Source of the DNA: Gammaproteobacteria bacterium
Lineage (GTDB): Bacteria; Pseudomonadota; Gammaproteobacteria; Natronospirales; JAJUFS01
Assembly: GCA_033720815.1 (NCBI GenBank)
Contig: JAWWBT010000003.1
Location: forward strand, 1 to 42,729
DNA: 42,729 nucleotides
Reading direction: 5' to 3'
Below, piece after piece: positions 21,901 to 30,476 of this stretch. Within the stretch, counting starts at the first letter, position 1; every line of letters begins with the position of its first letter. Below the pieces are notes generated by a model. It saw only the letters and a program-made list of their open reading frames with translations, ran no database searches and was not told the DNA's origin. The position numbers and the translations under genes are program-made.

Positions 21901-22368
21901 CGCGACGGAATTGCGGCATGGCCTGTCGAGCGCATCGAGAGCCTGCCCTTGCAGCAGCGGTTGCGCGCGATGGGCCTGCCCGAAGAGGAATGCGCGGAAG
22001 CGGCCGATGATGCCATGCAGGCAATCACGCAGGCCCTTTCCTCGCAGACCGGCCTATGGTTGCTGGACGCGCATGACGATGCGCGTTGCGAATGGTCGCT
22101 GGGCGGCGTCGACGAGGGCGAGCTGGTAAGCCTGTCGATCGACCGCAGTTTCGTTGATGGCGATGGCGTGCGCTGGATCATCGACTACAAGACCTCGACG
22201 CATGAAGGTGGCGATACCGAATCCTTCCTGGCCAACCAGCGCGAGCGCTACCGCGCCCAGCTGGAGCGTTACGCGCGCGTGGTCGGCCGGCTGGAAGACC
22301 GCCCGCAACGCGTGGCACTGTATTTCCCGTTGCAGGATGCCTTTATTGACTGGGAGCCCGGCGCATAG
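18907..22368 (+). CDS. AddA-like UvrD/RecB-family helicase-nuclease
   Basis: APAGSGKT, AITFTRKAAAEM, TIDAF, LVDEFQDTS, VGDPMQSIY.FR, NFRS, MTLHKAKGLQF, RLLYVGVTRAE, and a C-terminal nuclease IDR...IIDYKT...QL.RY. Confidence 0.92.
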   Translation: MSDRMPADQQQRERALDPSRSVIVQAPAGSGKTGLLTQRFLRLLAMVEQPEEIVAITFTRKAAAEMRERILDAMREARSGTAADSPNRQRTRDLATAALERDEDRGWGLLGNPSRLRIMTIDAFNAMLTRQMPVTSQFGQQPAIAEDGMTICRDAARRLLRLADRDDAPAQSIRLLLAHLDNRLDDATELVAMMLAKRDLWLRHLDIHGLDRETLEANLATEVSLVLEALWRELPAGLLDNIMERVAVAARLLRDGELLDEKNEWLLPLAELERNPERRADELDYWKAIGRFLLTANGEGDLRKPGGLRADGGFPPPSRAKGEEKAAREQHKAAMVEILAALDDVPVAVGLLKRVSRLPVPRYSDEQWQVLDAINTLLPYAVISLQEQFRDRGEVDFAELAIRARDALGDEENPTELAMRLDYQVRHLLVDEFQDTSHSQIDLLLRLTRGWEPGDGRSLFLVGDPMQSIYAFREAEVGHFLTVRDIGLGPLPLESLRLNANFRSQAGIVEWVNRAFGGDAAEGIRGIFPREDRPAVGAIAYEPSTATHDALPGAAVQVHAFAPVPGDSAAEQEAARVVELLREAAQDPETGSSAILVRGRRHLVKILPALREAGIRFHAVELESLESQPEIQDLLALTRVVINPSDVTALYAVCRAPWCGMTLAELQALHDMAASGERPAWQQLLDDEFHTSLDSTSGSRVRRLADALQGSWDKVGRRSLRERVEAAWLAVGGPAVLREADELENTTLFFELLQQLEEAGDIDDVNVLDERLVSLYAAADPAAGDAVQLMTLHKAKGLQFDTVIIPALDQVTGMKDRLLFHWIERPDAQGHDRVLLGPLKSRLDEEGGDIYRFIEQLRDEKADFELARLLYVGVTRAERRVQLLGKARFTRNRDGIAQLANPRSGSLLALLWELPEVRSAFEALPLPDADEESAAATPLEQQLRRVAGDWSPPPLPTGPSLAMKGRATASEQQVVYEWAGDRVRHTGTLVHRILERIARDGIAAWPVERIESLPLQQRLRAMGLPEEECAEAADDAMQAITQALSSQTGLWLLDAHDDARCEWSLGGVDEGELVSLSIDRSFVDGDGVRWIIDYKTSTHEGGDTESFLANQRERYRAQLERYARVVGRLEDRPQRVALYFPLQDAFIDWEPGA

Positions 22369-22400
22369 CCCGACCCTGACAAAAGGAATACACTGGAAGA

Positions 22401-23333
22401 ATGCCAACACGATTCGACGACCAGGTAGTCATAGCGATTTCCTCCCGGGCACTTTTCGACCTGGAGGAATCGCATCGCATCTTCGTGGAAGAAGGGCTCG
22501 AAGCCTACGCGCAATACCAGATCGAGAAGGAAGACGAACTGCTCGAACCGGGCATGGCCTTTTCTCTGGTGAAGAAGCTGCTGAAGCTGAACGACGCCGG
22601 TCCGCAGAAGGTCGAGATCATCCTCATCTCGCACAACTCTGCCGATACGGGCCTGCGCATCTTCAACTCGATTTCGCATTACGATCTCGACATCAAGCGC
22701 GCTGCTTTCACCAACGGCGCATCGCCGTGGCGTTACATCGCACCGTTTGGCGCGCACCTGTTCCTGTCGCCGGAACCGAATGATGTGGTGAAGGCGCTGG
22801 ATAACGGCGTTGCCGCGGCGACCATCCTGCCGGGCAAGGCGTCCGAGCCGGGCTCGGACGAACTGCGTATCGCCTTCGACGGCGACGCAGTCATCTTCTC
22901 GGACGAAGCGGAACGGATATTCAAGGAGCAAGGGCTGGCAGCCTTTGCCGATAGCGAACGCAGCGCGGCGAAAACGCCACTCACTGGTGGGCCGTTCAAG
23001 AAATTCCTCGAGGCCCTGCATCGTATCCAGAGCGAGTTCCCGCCCGACAAGGCACCGATCCGCACGGCGCTGGTTACGGCGCGTTCAGCACCGGCGCATG
23101 AACGCGTGATCCGCACGTTACGTGCGTGGGATATCCGCATCGACGAGGCGCTGTTCCTCGGTGGCATGGAAAAGACGGAATTCCTGAAGGCCTTTGGTGC
23201 CGATATCTTCTTTGACGACCAGAAAGGTCATGTCGAGCTTGCGCGCGAGCATATCGCCACCGGTCATGTGCCGCACGGCGTGGCGAACGTGGAAGTGAAG
23301 GAAGGGGAGAAGGCGGTCCGGCAGCCCAAGTAG
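22401..23333 (+). CDS. 5'-nucleotidase (cN-I/NT5C1-like family)
   Basis: VIAISSRALFDL, TGLRIFNSI, LRIAFDGDAVIFSDEAE, RTALVTARSAPAHERVIRTLRAW, DIFFDDQ. Confidence 0.93.
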   Translation: MPTRFDDQVVIAISSRALFDLEESHRIFVEEGLEAYAQYQIEKEDELLEPGMAFSLVKKLLKLNDAGPQKVEIILISHNSADTGLRIFNSISHYDLDIKRAAFTNGASPWRYIAPFGAHLFLSPEPNDVVKALDNGVAAATILPGKASEPGSDELRIAFDGDAVIFSDEAERIFKEQGLAAFADSERSAAKTPLTGGPFKKFLEALHRIQSEFPPDKAPIRTALVTARSAPAHERVIRTLRAWDIRIDEALFLGGMEKTEFLKAFGADIFFDDQKGHVELAREHIATGHVPHGVANVEVKEGEKAVRQPK

Positions 23334-23360
23334 CTGTGTGACGATGAATTGAAGACGCAT

Positions 23361-23390
23361 GAAAAAGGCCGCCCTGGGGCGGCCTTTTTC
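23361..23390. terminator. bidirectional intrinsic terminator
   Basis: GAAAAAGGCCGCCC-tg-GGGCGGCCTTTTTC between convergent genes. Confidence 0.88.
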
Positions 23391-23400
23391 GCTGCCGGTT

Positions 23401-23703
23401 TCAGAACTTGTCGGGTCGCAGTACGTTGACATCATCGCTGTACACCACGATCGCAAAATCGTCGTAATACTTCTCCTGCAGCCACTTCTCGATCGCCAGC
23501 GCCGTTTCGCGCGAGCAGATCACTTCCATGCGGATGTTGCTGTCGTAATCCCACTCGGCATCCCGCGCACCACGCGCGCCCTTGCCGCGGCATTCGGTAA
23601 TTGTGTAACCGCGTGCACCGAGTTTCTGCACATCACGTACCAGGCGGTTCTCGAGCGAGCTTTCCGAGATGATGGTCAACAGTGTCCGGATATTTGCACT
23701 CAT
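23401..23703 (-). CDS. sbtB: SbtB-type PII-like regulator
   Basis: LLTIISESSLE..L......GARGYTI...RGKG.RG.R..EW....NIRMEVIC, C-terminal V.VLRPDKF. CAGGAGG RBS; lies directly after the sbtA-like gene. Confidence 0.85.
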   Translation of the reverse strand: MSANIRTLLTIISESSLENRLVRDVQKLGARGYTITECRGKGARGARDAEWDYDSNIRMEVICSRETALAIEKWLQEKYYDDFAIVVYSDDVNVLRPDKF

Positions 23704-23707
23704 GCTT

Positions 23708-24652
23708 TTAACCTCCTGTAACGGAATGCGCCCAGAGGCACATCTGGTAATAAAGCGGGATACCGACAAGGACATTGAACGGGAAGGTGATGCCCAGCGA
23801 TGCCGTCAATGACAGGCTCGGGTTGGCTTCCGGTACCGAGATACGCATTGCTGCGGGTACTGCGATGTAGGAAGCACTTGCTGCCAGCACTGCCAATACC
23901 GTGGTGCCGCCGACAGAAAGATCGAACAGCAGGCCGATGCCGATGCCGAACAGTGACGAGAACAGCGGCATCACGACACCGAAGACGAGCAGGAAAGCGC
24001 CGTATGTGCGTAGCGCGCTGACCCTGGCCGCAGCAATCAGGCCCATTTCCAGCAGGAACAGCGCCAGCACGCCCTTGAAGAGATCGAAGAACATCGGCTT
24101 GATCGGTTCCAGTCCTTCCGGTCCTGCAATCCAGCCAATGGCGAGGCCACCTAGCAGCAGCAGAACGCCCTTGCCCGTGAAGATTTCATGCGCCACCTCG
24201 CCCCAGTTCATGTTTTTCGACAAGCCACGGGCGAGCAGGATGCCGACCAGGATGGCGGGAACTTCCAGCACCACGAGCAGCAACGGCATGTATTGTTCGA
24301 AACTGACATCGTTGCTGGCAAGGTAGGCGATGGCGACGGCGTAGGTACCGACACTCACGGAACCGTAATGCGCGGCGATGGATGCCGCATCTGCGCGCTT
24401 GAACTTGCCGAGCTTGCGCAACACCGGGAAGGCGAACAGTGGCAGTATCAGGCCCATGGCGAAGACCGCGAGAATCTGTGGTGCCAGCTTGGCGAAGGGC
24501 TGCTGGGCAAGTTCGACGCCGCCCTTCAGGCCGATGGCGAGCAGCAGCAGGATGCTGACGAAATCATAGATCTGCGAGGGGAGGCGTAACTCCGAGCGCG
24601 CCAGGCCCGCGATGATACCGAGCAGGAAGAACAAGATGATCGGGTCTAGCAT
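23708..24652 (-). CDS. sbtA: SbtA-family sodium-dependent bicarbonate transporter
   Basis: DPIILFFLLG, LLLAIGLKGG, AASIAAHYGSVSVGT, LEVPAILVG, GVLALFLLEMGL, ASASYIAVPAAMR..PEANPSLSLTASLGITFPFNVLVGIPLY. Confidence 0.92.
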   Translation of the reverse strand: MLDPIILFFLLGIIAGLARSELRLPSQIYDFVSILLLLAIGLKGGVELAQQPFAKLAPQILAVFAMGLILPLFAFPVLRKLGKFKRADAASIAAHYGSVSVGTYAVAIAYLASNDVSFEQYMPLLLVVLEVPAILVGILLARGLSKNMNWGEVAHEIFTGKGVLLLLGGLAIGWIAGPEGLEPIKPMFFDLFKGVLALFLLEMGLIAAARVSALRTYGAFLLVFGVVMPLFSSLFGIGIGLLFDLSVGGTTVLAVLAASASYIAVPAAMRISVPEANPSLSLTASLGITFPFNVLVGIPLYYQMCLWAHSVTGG

Positions 24653-24703
24653 CTGGTCACTCCTTACGATTGAGTCGAATTGGATGACCCGCAGGGTCGC
24701 CGA

Positions 24704-24732
24704 ATTCTACGTCATGTCGATGGATGGGCCAA
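24704..24732 (-). promoter_or_regulatory. candidate sigma70 promoter for sbtAB
   Basis: Minus strand TTGGCC, 17 bp spacer, TAGAAT. Confidence 0.5.
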
Positions 24733-24775
24733 ACGCAGGGCTACCAGGCGATGTCCTCGCCATAAGGCCTGAAGC

Positions 24776-25495
24776 TCAGTGATGATGATGTTCGCTGGTG
24801 GGTGGCGTGTCCTGGAATTCGGCAATGAGCGTCATCGGTTGCGCTGTCCACACGCCGATGATGACCATCACCACGCCGGCGACACGCTTCACGCTGGAAT
24901 TTCCGAGAAGGCTGCGCAGTTTCATGCCGGCGAGACCTGTACCGACCATTGCCGGCAGGGTGCCGATGCCGAAGGCCGCCATCAGCCCTGCTGCATGCAG
25001 GGGATCGGCTGTCACTGCGGCGGTGGCGAGCATGGCATAGGTCATGCCGCAAGGCAGCCAGCCCCACAGCAGGCCCAGCGCGAAGATTCCCTTGCCATCG
25101 AGCTCGCCGGATAGCCGTTTCACCGCGAGTGGTGAAATGCGTTTCCAGAACGCGCTACCAAGGGATTCGAAAGGCTTGAACAGGTGATTGCCGAATACCA
25201 GCGTGAGGCCGGCAATGGCAATCAGCAGGCCGGTGACGAGGCGCAAGTGGCCTGCGACGGCCTGGATGCCGCTACCCAGCACGAGCAACTGTCCCAGCAG
25301 GCCGACGATCGCGCCGGCGATGGCATAGCTGGTGACACGACCAAGGTTATAGGTCAGCGCCTGGCGAACTGGGCGACCGTGATGCTGTTTCGCCGCCAGC
25401 AGGCTGGCCATGCCACCACACATCGCGACACAGTGACCGCTACCCGCAAGCCCCGCGAGCGCCGCTGCGAGGAAGGTGAGCTCACCGTTGATCAT
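24776..25495 (-). CDS. DsbD_2/TauE-SafE-like membrane protein associated with cbb3 assembly
   Basis: GLAGSGHCVAMCGG, YNLGRVTSY, GLLWGWLPCGMTY, MAAFGIGTLPAM, C-terminal HHHH. Last gene of the cco cluster. Confidence 0.88.
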   Translation of the reverse strand: MINGELTFLAAALAGLAGSGHCVAMCGGMASLLAAKQHHGRPVRQALTYNLGRVTSYAIAGAIVGLLGQLLVLGSGIQAVAGHLRLVTGLLIAIAGLTLVFGNHLFKPFESLGSAFWKRISPLAVKRLSGELDGKGIFALGLLWGWLPCGMTYAMLATAAVTADPLHAAGLMAAFGIGTLPAMVGTGLAGMKLRSLLGNSSVKRVAGVVMVIIGVWTAQPMTLIAEFQDTPPTSEHHHH

Positions 25496-25664
25496 GCTGG
25501 CGTTCCTTCCTGCTGCGGTCGCGTTTTTCCTCGTCGACGAGGATCTTCCAGGCGGGTGAATCCATGTCGTCGAACTGGCCGTTATTCACCGCCCAGATGA
25601 AAATACCCACCGCAATGGCGAGCAGCAGCACGCTCAGGGGTATGAGGACAAAGACGATTTCCAT
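25482..25664 (-). CDS. ccoS: cbb3-type oxidase assembly protein CcoS
   Basis: MEIVFVLIPLSV...IFIWAVNNGQFDDMDSPAWKILVD. TGATG overlap with ccoI. Confidence 0.95.
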   Translation of the reverse strand: MEIVFVLIPLSVLLLAIAVGIFIWAVNNGQFDDMDSPAWKILVDEEKRDRSRKERQHDQR

Positions 25665-28153
25665 CAACCTGCTCCCGGGAGAACCCGTGACTGGCCCTGT
25701 ACCTGCTTGCCAGCATGGCTGCCTGGCGTATTGCTCGCATTGACCTGTCGCAGGCGCAGGGCATTCAGCGTGACCAGCAGTGACGATGCGGACATGCCGA
25801 TAGCCGCCATCCAGGGTGCGACCAGGCCGGCTGCTGCCAGTGGCAAGGCCACCAGGTTATAACCCGCGGCCCAGGCGAGGTTCTGGCGAATGACGCGACG
25901 GGTTTTCATGCCATGGCGAAGCAGTGCCGTGAGTGCTGTCAGGGGGCCGGTCAGCACGAAGTCCGCACCGGCCTGTGCCAGCGTTGCGCCGCGACTCATC
26001 GCGACGGACACATCCGCGCCGCCGAGCACCGGGGCGTCATTCAGGCCGTCGCCCAGCATCATCACGCGCCCACCGCTTTCCTGGATACGGCGAATCGCAT
26101 CGAGCTTGTCCTGCGGCTGCTGGCGGAACGCCACATTCGAGATGCCGAGTTCCTTCGCTACCGCCGTTACGGCAGCCTCGCTGTCGCCACTCAGCAAGTG
26201 CACACGCAGGCCGCGACGTTGCAGGCCATGCACAACGGCGCGCGCTTCCGGTCGCAGGCGGTCTTCCAGTGCGAACCAGGCCAGCGGGCCGTCATCGTCC
26301 GCGAGTACGATCCAGCTGCCATCCATGCCGGGCGGCGTGATTGCTGCGTTGTCATCCTGCAGGGCATACGCCGGCGTGCCGATGCGGTAGCGATGGCCTT
26401 CATGCATGCCGCTCATGCCATGACCGGCGACCTGTTCGATATCGGTGAAGGCGGCTTCGTCGGCATCAAGCGTCGCGAAGGCGCGTGCCAGCGGATGGTT
26501 GGCGGCGGCTTCCAGTCCGCGTGCCAGGGCAAGGCATGTTGATTCCGGCAGCACGCCTGTTACGACACGACGGCAGATGTGCGGCTGGCCTTCGGTCAGG
26601 GTACCGGTCTTGTCGAAGACAACATCAGTAACGCCATCGAGCACTTCAAAGGCATCGGTGTTGACGGCAAGCACACCTTCGCGGGCAATCGCGCCGGTCG
26701 CAGTGGTCAGCGCGACCGGCACCGCCAGCGCCAGCGCGCAGGGACAGGTTACGACCAGTACAGCCAGCGTGATTTCGAAGGCGCGTGCAGGATCGAGGAA
26801 TTCCCAGGCAATGAACGTGATGCTTGCCAGCACCAGCACGATGCCGACGAAATACTGGGCAATGCGGTCTGCCATGCGCGCCATTCGGGGGCGCGAGGCC
26901 TGTGCCTTTTCCAGCAGTCGAGTGATGCCTGATAGCAGCGTGTCACGACCGGTGCGCGTCACGCGTAGCGTCAGCGGCTTGCCGTGATTGACCGCGCCGG
27001 CGGCAAGCAGGTCGCCGGCGCGTTTCCGGACAGTCTGCGATTCGCCGGTCAACAGCGACTCATCAAGCGCTGCCGCCGCGTCCAGAAGTTCGCCATCTGC
27101 CGGCACGACGCTCCCCTGGCTGACGATCACTACCTGGTCTTTCGCAAGCTGCGCCAGCGGCAGGCTGCGTGTCGTGTTGCCTTCCTTCAGCGTTACTGTT
27201 GCAGGCAGGCTCGCCGCCATCGCGGAACCTGCCGCGGCAACCTGGTGACGTGCATTGAATTCCAGGAAGCGCCCGATCAGCAGGAAGAACACGAACATGC
27301 TCACCGAATCGAAATACACCTCGCCGCGGCCGAGCAGGGTGTGCCAGACACTGGCGGCATAGGCCGCACCAATGGCGATGGCCACCGGCACATCCATGCC
27401 CGCGCGACGGTGCGTGACATCGCGCCATGCGCCCTTGAAGAAGGGAGCTGCGGCGTAGAACACCACCGGAGTCGCGATCAGCAGCGAGACGCCGCGCAGG
27501 AAATGCCACACGCCGGTGTCCATGCCTTCGCCTGAGGTGTCGATGGCACCGATGTACATGGCGACCGCGTACATCATCACCTGCATCATGCCGAGGCCGG
27601 CAATGGCGATGCGTTTCAGGTAGCGGCGGCGTTCGTGCGAGGCTTGCTGCTCGTTGTCGTCGGGACGCAGGGGATGCGGATGGAAACCGAGGCGGTCGAG
27701 GTGTGCAAGCAGTTCGGAAAGCCGCACTGCATTCGCGTCCCATCGCAGTGTCGCGCGACCGTTCACCACGTTGAGCTGGATGTCGCAGATCGCGTTGTCA
27801 TCCGCCAGGGTCTGCTCGATCAGCCAGCCGCAGGCCGCGCAACGGATATCATCGAGTTGCAGCCGGATTTCACGGAAACCTTCTGCGTCTAGCGGTGCGT
27901 AATTGTCGAGTACCGCGTTCTCGTCGAAGGCAAGCCAGTGCGATTCCGGTGCAAGCTTGTCGACCTTTGCGGAGGTTTCGCTGCGAAAGCGATAGAAATC
28001 CTTCAGGCCTGCATCAAGGATAAGGTTGGCCACGGCTTCGCAGCCGGCACAGCACACTGGACGCGGGTTACCGTCGACCGTGACGACCCGCTTCTCGTTC
28101 GGAGGAACGGGTTCGTTACAGTGATAGCAGCGTACTTGTGCAGAAGCGTTCAT
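25664..28153 (-). CDS. ccoI: Cu-translocating P1B-type ATPase CcoI/FixI
   Basis: CYHC...CCAGC, CAAC, YFDS, TGES, CPCAL, DKTGTLT, HPLA, GDGLNDAP. Confidence 0.95.
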   Translation of the reverse strand: MNASAQVRCYHCNEPVPPNEKRVVTVDGNPRPVCCAGCEAVANLILDAGLKDFYRFRSETSAKVDKLAPESHWLAFDENAVLDNYAPLDAEGFREIRLQLDDIRCAACGWLIEQTLADDNAICDIQLNVVNGRATLRWDANAVRLSELLAHLDRLGFHPHPLRPDDNEQQASHERRRYLKRIAIAGLGMMQVMMYAVAMYIGAIDTSGEGMDTGVWHFLRGVSLLIATPVVFYAAAPFFKGAWRDVTHRRAGMDVPVAIAIGAAYAASVWHTLLGRGEVYFDSVSMFVFFLLIGRFLEFNARHQVAAAGSAMAASLPATVTLKEGNTTRSLPLAQLAKDQVVIVSQGSVVPADGELLDAAAALDESLLTGESQTVRKRAGDLLAAGAVNHGKPLTLRVTRTGRDTLLSGITRLLEKAQASRPRMARMADRIAQYFVGIVLVLASITFIAWEFLDPARAFEITLAVLVVTCPCALALAVPVALTTATGAIAREGVLAVNTDAFEVLDGVTDVVFDKTGTLTEGQPHICRRVVTGVLPESTCLALARGLEAAANHPLARAFATLDADEAAFTDIEQVAGHGMSGMHEGHRYRIGTPAYALQDDNAAITPPGMDGSWIVLADDDGPLAWFALEDRLRPEARAVVHGLQRRGLRVHLLSGDSEAAVTAVAKELGISNVAFRQQPQDKLDAIRRIQESGGRVMMLGDGLNDAPVLGGADVSVAMSRGATLAQAGADFVLTGPLTALTALLRHGMKTRRVIRQNLAWAAGYNLVALPLAAAGLVAPWMAAIGMSASSLLVTLNALRLRQVNASNTPGSHAGKQVQGQSRVLPGAG

Positions 28154-28677
28154 TTCTCTTCGTTATTGCCTGCGGGCGCGAATGACAGCAGGCGCTGGTC
28201 GGCAGCGAGTGTGTCGGTGAGGCGCCAGCTGCCGTCGCCCGCAACAAGCTGCAGGTACCAGCGGTGCGTATCGAGTGAGCCGATATTGCCGCGATAAAGG
28301 CCGGTGGCATCGCGCGAAAGGGTAGTGCTGCGATCCATGTCACTGCGCGTTGGATGGTGCAGGCTGATGCTCAATGTGTCCGGCAAGTCTTTCGCCTCGA
28401 GACGCACGGTAATGTTGCCGCTTTCATGATCCACGGCGACGCTTGCCGAAATGCCGAGCTCGGTAGCGCTGCGGTCAGCTTCGGTCACGCGATTGGCTAC
28501 GAGGCCGACCTTCTGGAAGTTATCCACCACGAGCGAGTCGCTGCCGCTGTTGGCAATCATCACCGTGGCAATGCCGGCGACAACGGCGGCGAACGGCGGC
28601 AGCATCACGAGGTACGGCCACTTCTGTCGGTACCAGGGCGTGTTTTCCGGGCCTTGCTGTGTCATTACGGTATCCAT
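28150..28677 (-). CDS. ccoH: FixH/CcoH protein
   Basis: PWYRQKWPY, a single TM helix, DSLVVDN, L.HPT....D. Lies between ccoG and ccoI. Confidence 0.9.
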   Translation of the reverse strand: MDTVMTQQGPENTPWYRQKWPYLVMLPPFAAVVAGIATVMIANSGSDSLVVDNFQKVGLVANRVTEADRSATELGISASVAVDHESGNITVRLEAKDLPDTLSISLHHPTRSDMDRSTTLSRDATGLYRGNIGSLDTHRWYLQLVAGDGSWRLTDTLAADQRLLSFAPAGNNEEK

Positions 28678-28715
28678 TGTTGTTACTCGTTATCGCTCGT
28701 CATTCCCGGTTTTCA

Positions 28716-30116
28716 TCATTCAACCGGCATGAAGAAACGTGAAGGTTCGATGATGGTCGTGCCCTGGTCGGAGATCATCACGAACTCGATGTCGTGGCCA
28801 CCACCACGCAGGCTGTTGCGCTCGACCTGGATTCGTACGGCTACCGGCATCACTTCACCGCCGGGTACATGCACGGTGTCGGTATCGGTCTCGACGCGGG
28901 CACCGTCGATGCCGCGCACCTCGAAGGTGTAATTGTGCGGCTTCGTATCCTTGTTCATCACCTTCAGCGTGTAGACGTTCTCGACCGTGTCATCGACCAC
29001 GCGATACAGCGCATTGCGATCGCGGAGGATGTCGAGGTCGGCCGGCTTGCGCAGCGCGATGCCGGTTACCCAGGCCGCAGCAAGCAGTGACAGCAGCACG
29101 GCGTAGACGATGGTTCGCGTGCGCAGCACGTGCGTGGTCTTGTGGTCCATTGCATGCTGCGTTGAATAACGGATCAGGCCACGCGGGTATTCCATCTTGT
29201 CCATCACGGAATCGCAGGCATCAATGCAGGCAGCGCATGCGATGCACTCGTACTGCAGACCTTCGCGGATATCGATGCCGGTCGGGCAGACCTGCACGCA
29301 CATGTTGCAGTCGATGCAATCGCCGAGGCCGACTTCCTGCGGGTCGATGCCGCGCTTGCGGCCACCACGCGGTTCGCCGCGATCTTCGTCGTAGGCAATG
29401 ATCAGCGTGTCCTTGTCGAACATAGCTGACTGGAAGCGTGCGTAAGGGCACATGTAGATGCAGACCTGCTCGCGCAGGAAACCGGCGTTGCCCCAGGTGG
29501 CGAAGGAATAGAAAAGGATCCAGAAGGTTTCCCAGGGGCCGGTATCGAAATTCACGATCTTTGCAGCCAGCTCGTCGACCGGCGTGAAGTAGCCGACAAA
29601 GGTGAATCCGGTCCACAGGGCAAACACGATCCACATGGAATGCTTGGCCAGCTTGCGCAGGAATTTCTCCCGCGTCCACGGACCCTTGTCGAGCTTGATG
29701 CGCTTGTTGCGATTACCCTCGGCCAGTTCTTCCATCCAGATGAATACTTCCGTCCATACCGTCTGCGGGCAGGCGTAGCCACACCACAGTCGGCCGGCCA
29801 GTGCAGTCACGAAGAAAAGCAGCAGCGCGGCGAGGATCAGCAGCAGTGCAAGGAAGAAGAAATCCTGTGGCCAGAAAACGAGGCCGAAAATATGGAACTT
29901 TCGTTCCGGCAGGTCGAAGAGCACGGCCTGGCGACCGTCCCAGTTGATCCACGGCAGGATGTAGTAGAGGCCGAGCAACGCAAACACCGCGAGCTTGCGC
30001 AACGACTGGAAGCGGCCCTTGATTTCGCGTGGGTAGACCTTCTCGCGTGCGACATACATGGAGTCGCCACTGTCATCCTTCTGGAAAAGGCGGGTCAGGA
30101 AGCCGAAGCGTTTCAT
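28716..30116 (-). CDS. ccoG: cytochrome c oxidase accessory protein CcoG/FixG
   Basis: GRLWCGYACPQTVWT, CIYMCPYARFQ, CIDCNMCVQVCPTGIDIR.GLQYECIACAACIDAC. Confidence 0.97.
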   Translation of the reverse strand: MKRFGFLTRLFQKDDSGDSMYVAREKVYPREIKGRFQSLRKLAVFALLGLYYILPWINWDGRQAVLFDLPERKFHIFGLVFWPQDFFFLALLLILAALLLFFVTALAGRLWCGYACPQTVWTEVFIWMEELAEGNRNKRIKLDKGPWTREKFLRKLAKHSMWIVFALWTGFTFVGYFTPVDELAAKIVNFDTGPWETFWILFYSFATWGNAGFLREQVCIYMCPYARFQSAMFDKDTLIIAYDEDRGEPRGGRKRGIDPQEVGLGDCIDCNMCVQVCPTGIDIREGLQYECIACAACIDACDSVMDKMEYPRGLIRYSTQHAMDHKTTHVLRTRTIVYAVLLSLLAAAWVTGIALRKPADLDILRDRNALYRVVDDTVENVYTLKVMNKDTKPHNYTFEVRGIDGARVETDTDTVHVPGGEVMPVAVRIQVERNSLRGGGHDIEFVMISDQGTTIIEPSRFFMPVE

Positions 30117-30188
30117 TGCAGTGTCGAACCTCGCGATGCGGGTTGCGGGTGGAACGGATGTCGCTCGTTGCTGCCTAGCGCGGCCTTG

Positions 30189-30476
30189 TCATCGTTGCCG
30201 GCGCGGGTGCAGTTCCAGCGAGCGCAGCAGGAACATGCTGATCACGCTGGCACCGGCGGTCAGTGCCCAGAGCATGAAGAAGCCCAGTGTGTAACCGGCG
30301 AAGCGAGTCAGTTCGAAGGGAAAAGTGGCAGCCTGCGCGAGGACCACCGGATCAAAGGTGGCGAAAAACAGCATGGTCGCCACCGCCGCAACGGCGAATG
30401 ACGACCAGCCGATGATGATGGCGCGCAGCAGCCACGCCGGAACCGCCGGTGTATCGTGACCGCTGCCTCCCATCAT
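30189..30476 (-). CDS. hypothetical two-TM membrane protein within the cco operon
   Basis: ATGA overlap with ccoP, two hydrophobic segments, motif W.SF..A....MLFFA.FDP......R..GYTLGFF..W. Confidence 0.75.
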   Translation of the reverse strand: MMGGSGHDTPAVPAWLLRAIIIGWSSFAVAAVATMLFFATFDPVVLAQAATFPFELTRFAGYTLGFFMLWALTAGASVISMFLLRSLELHPRRQR

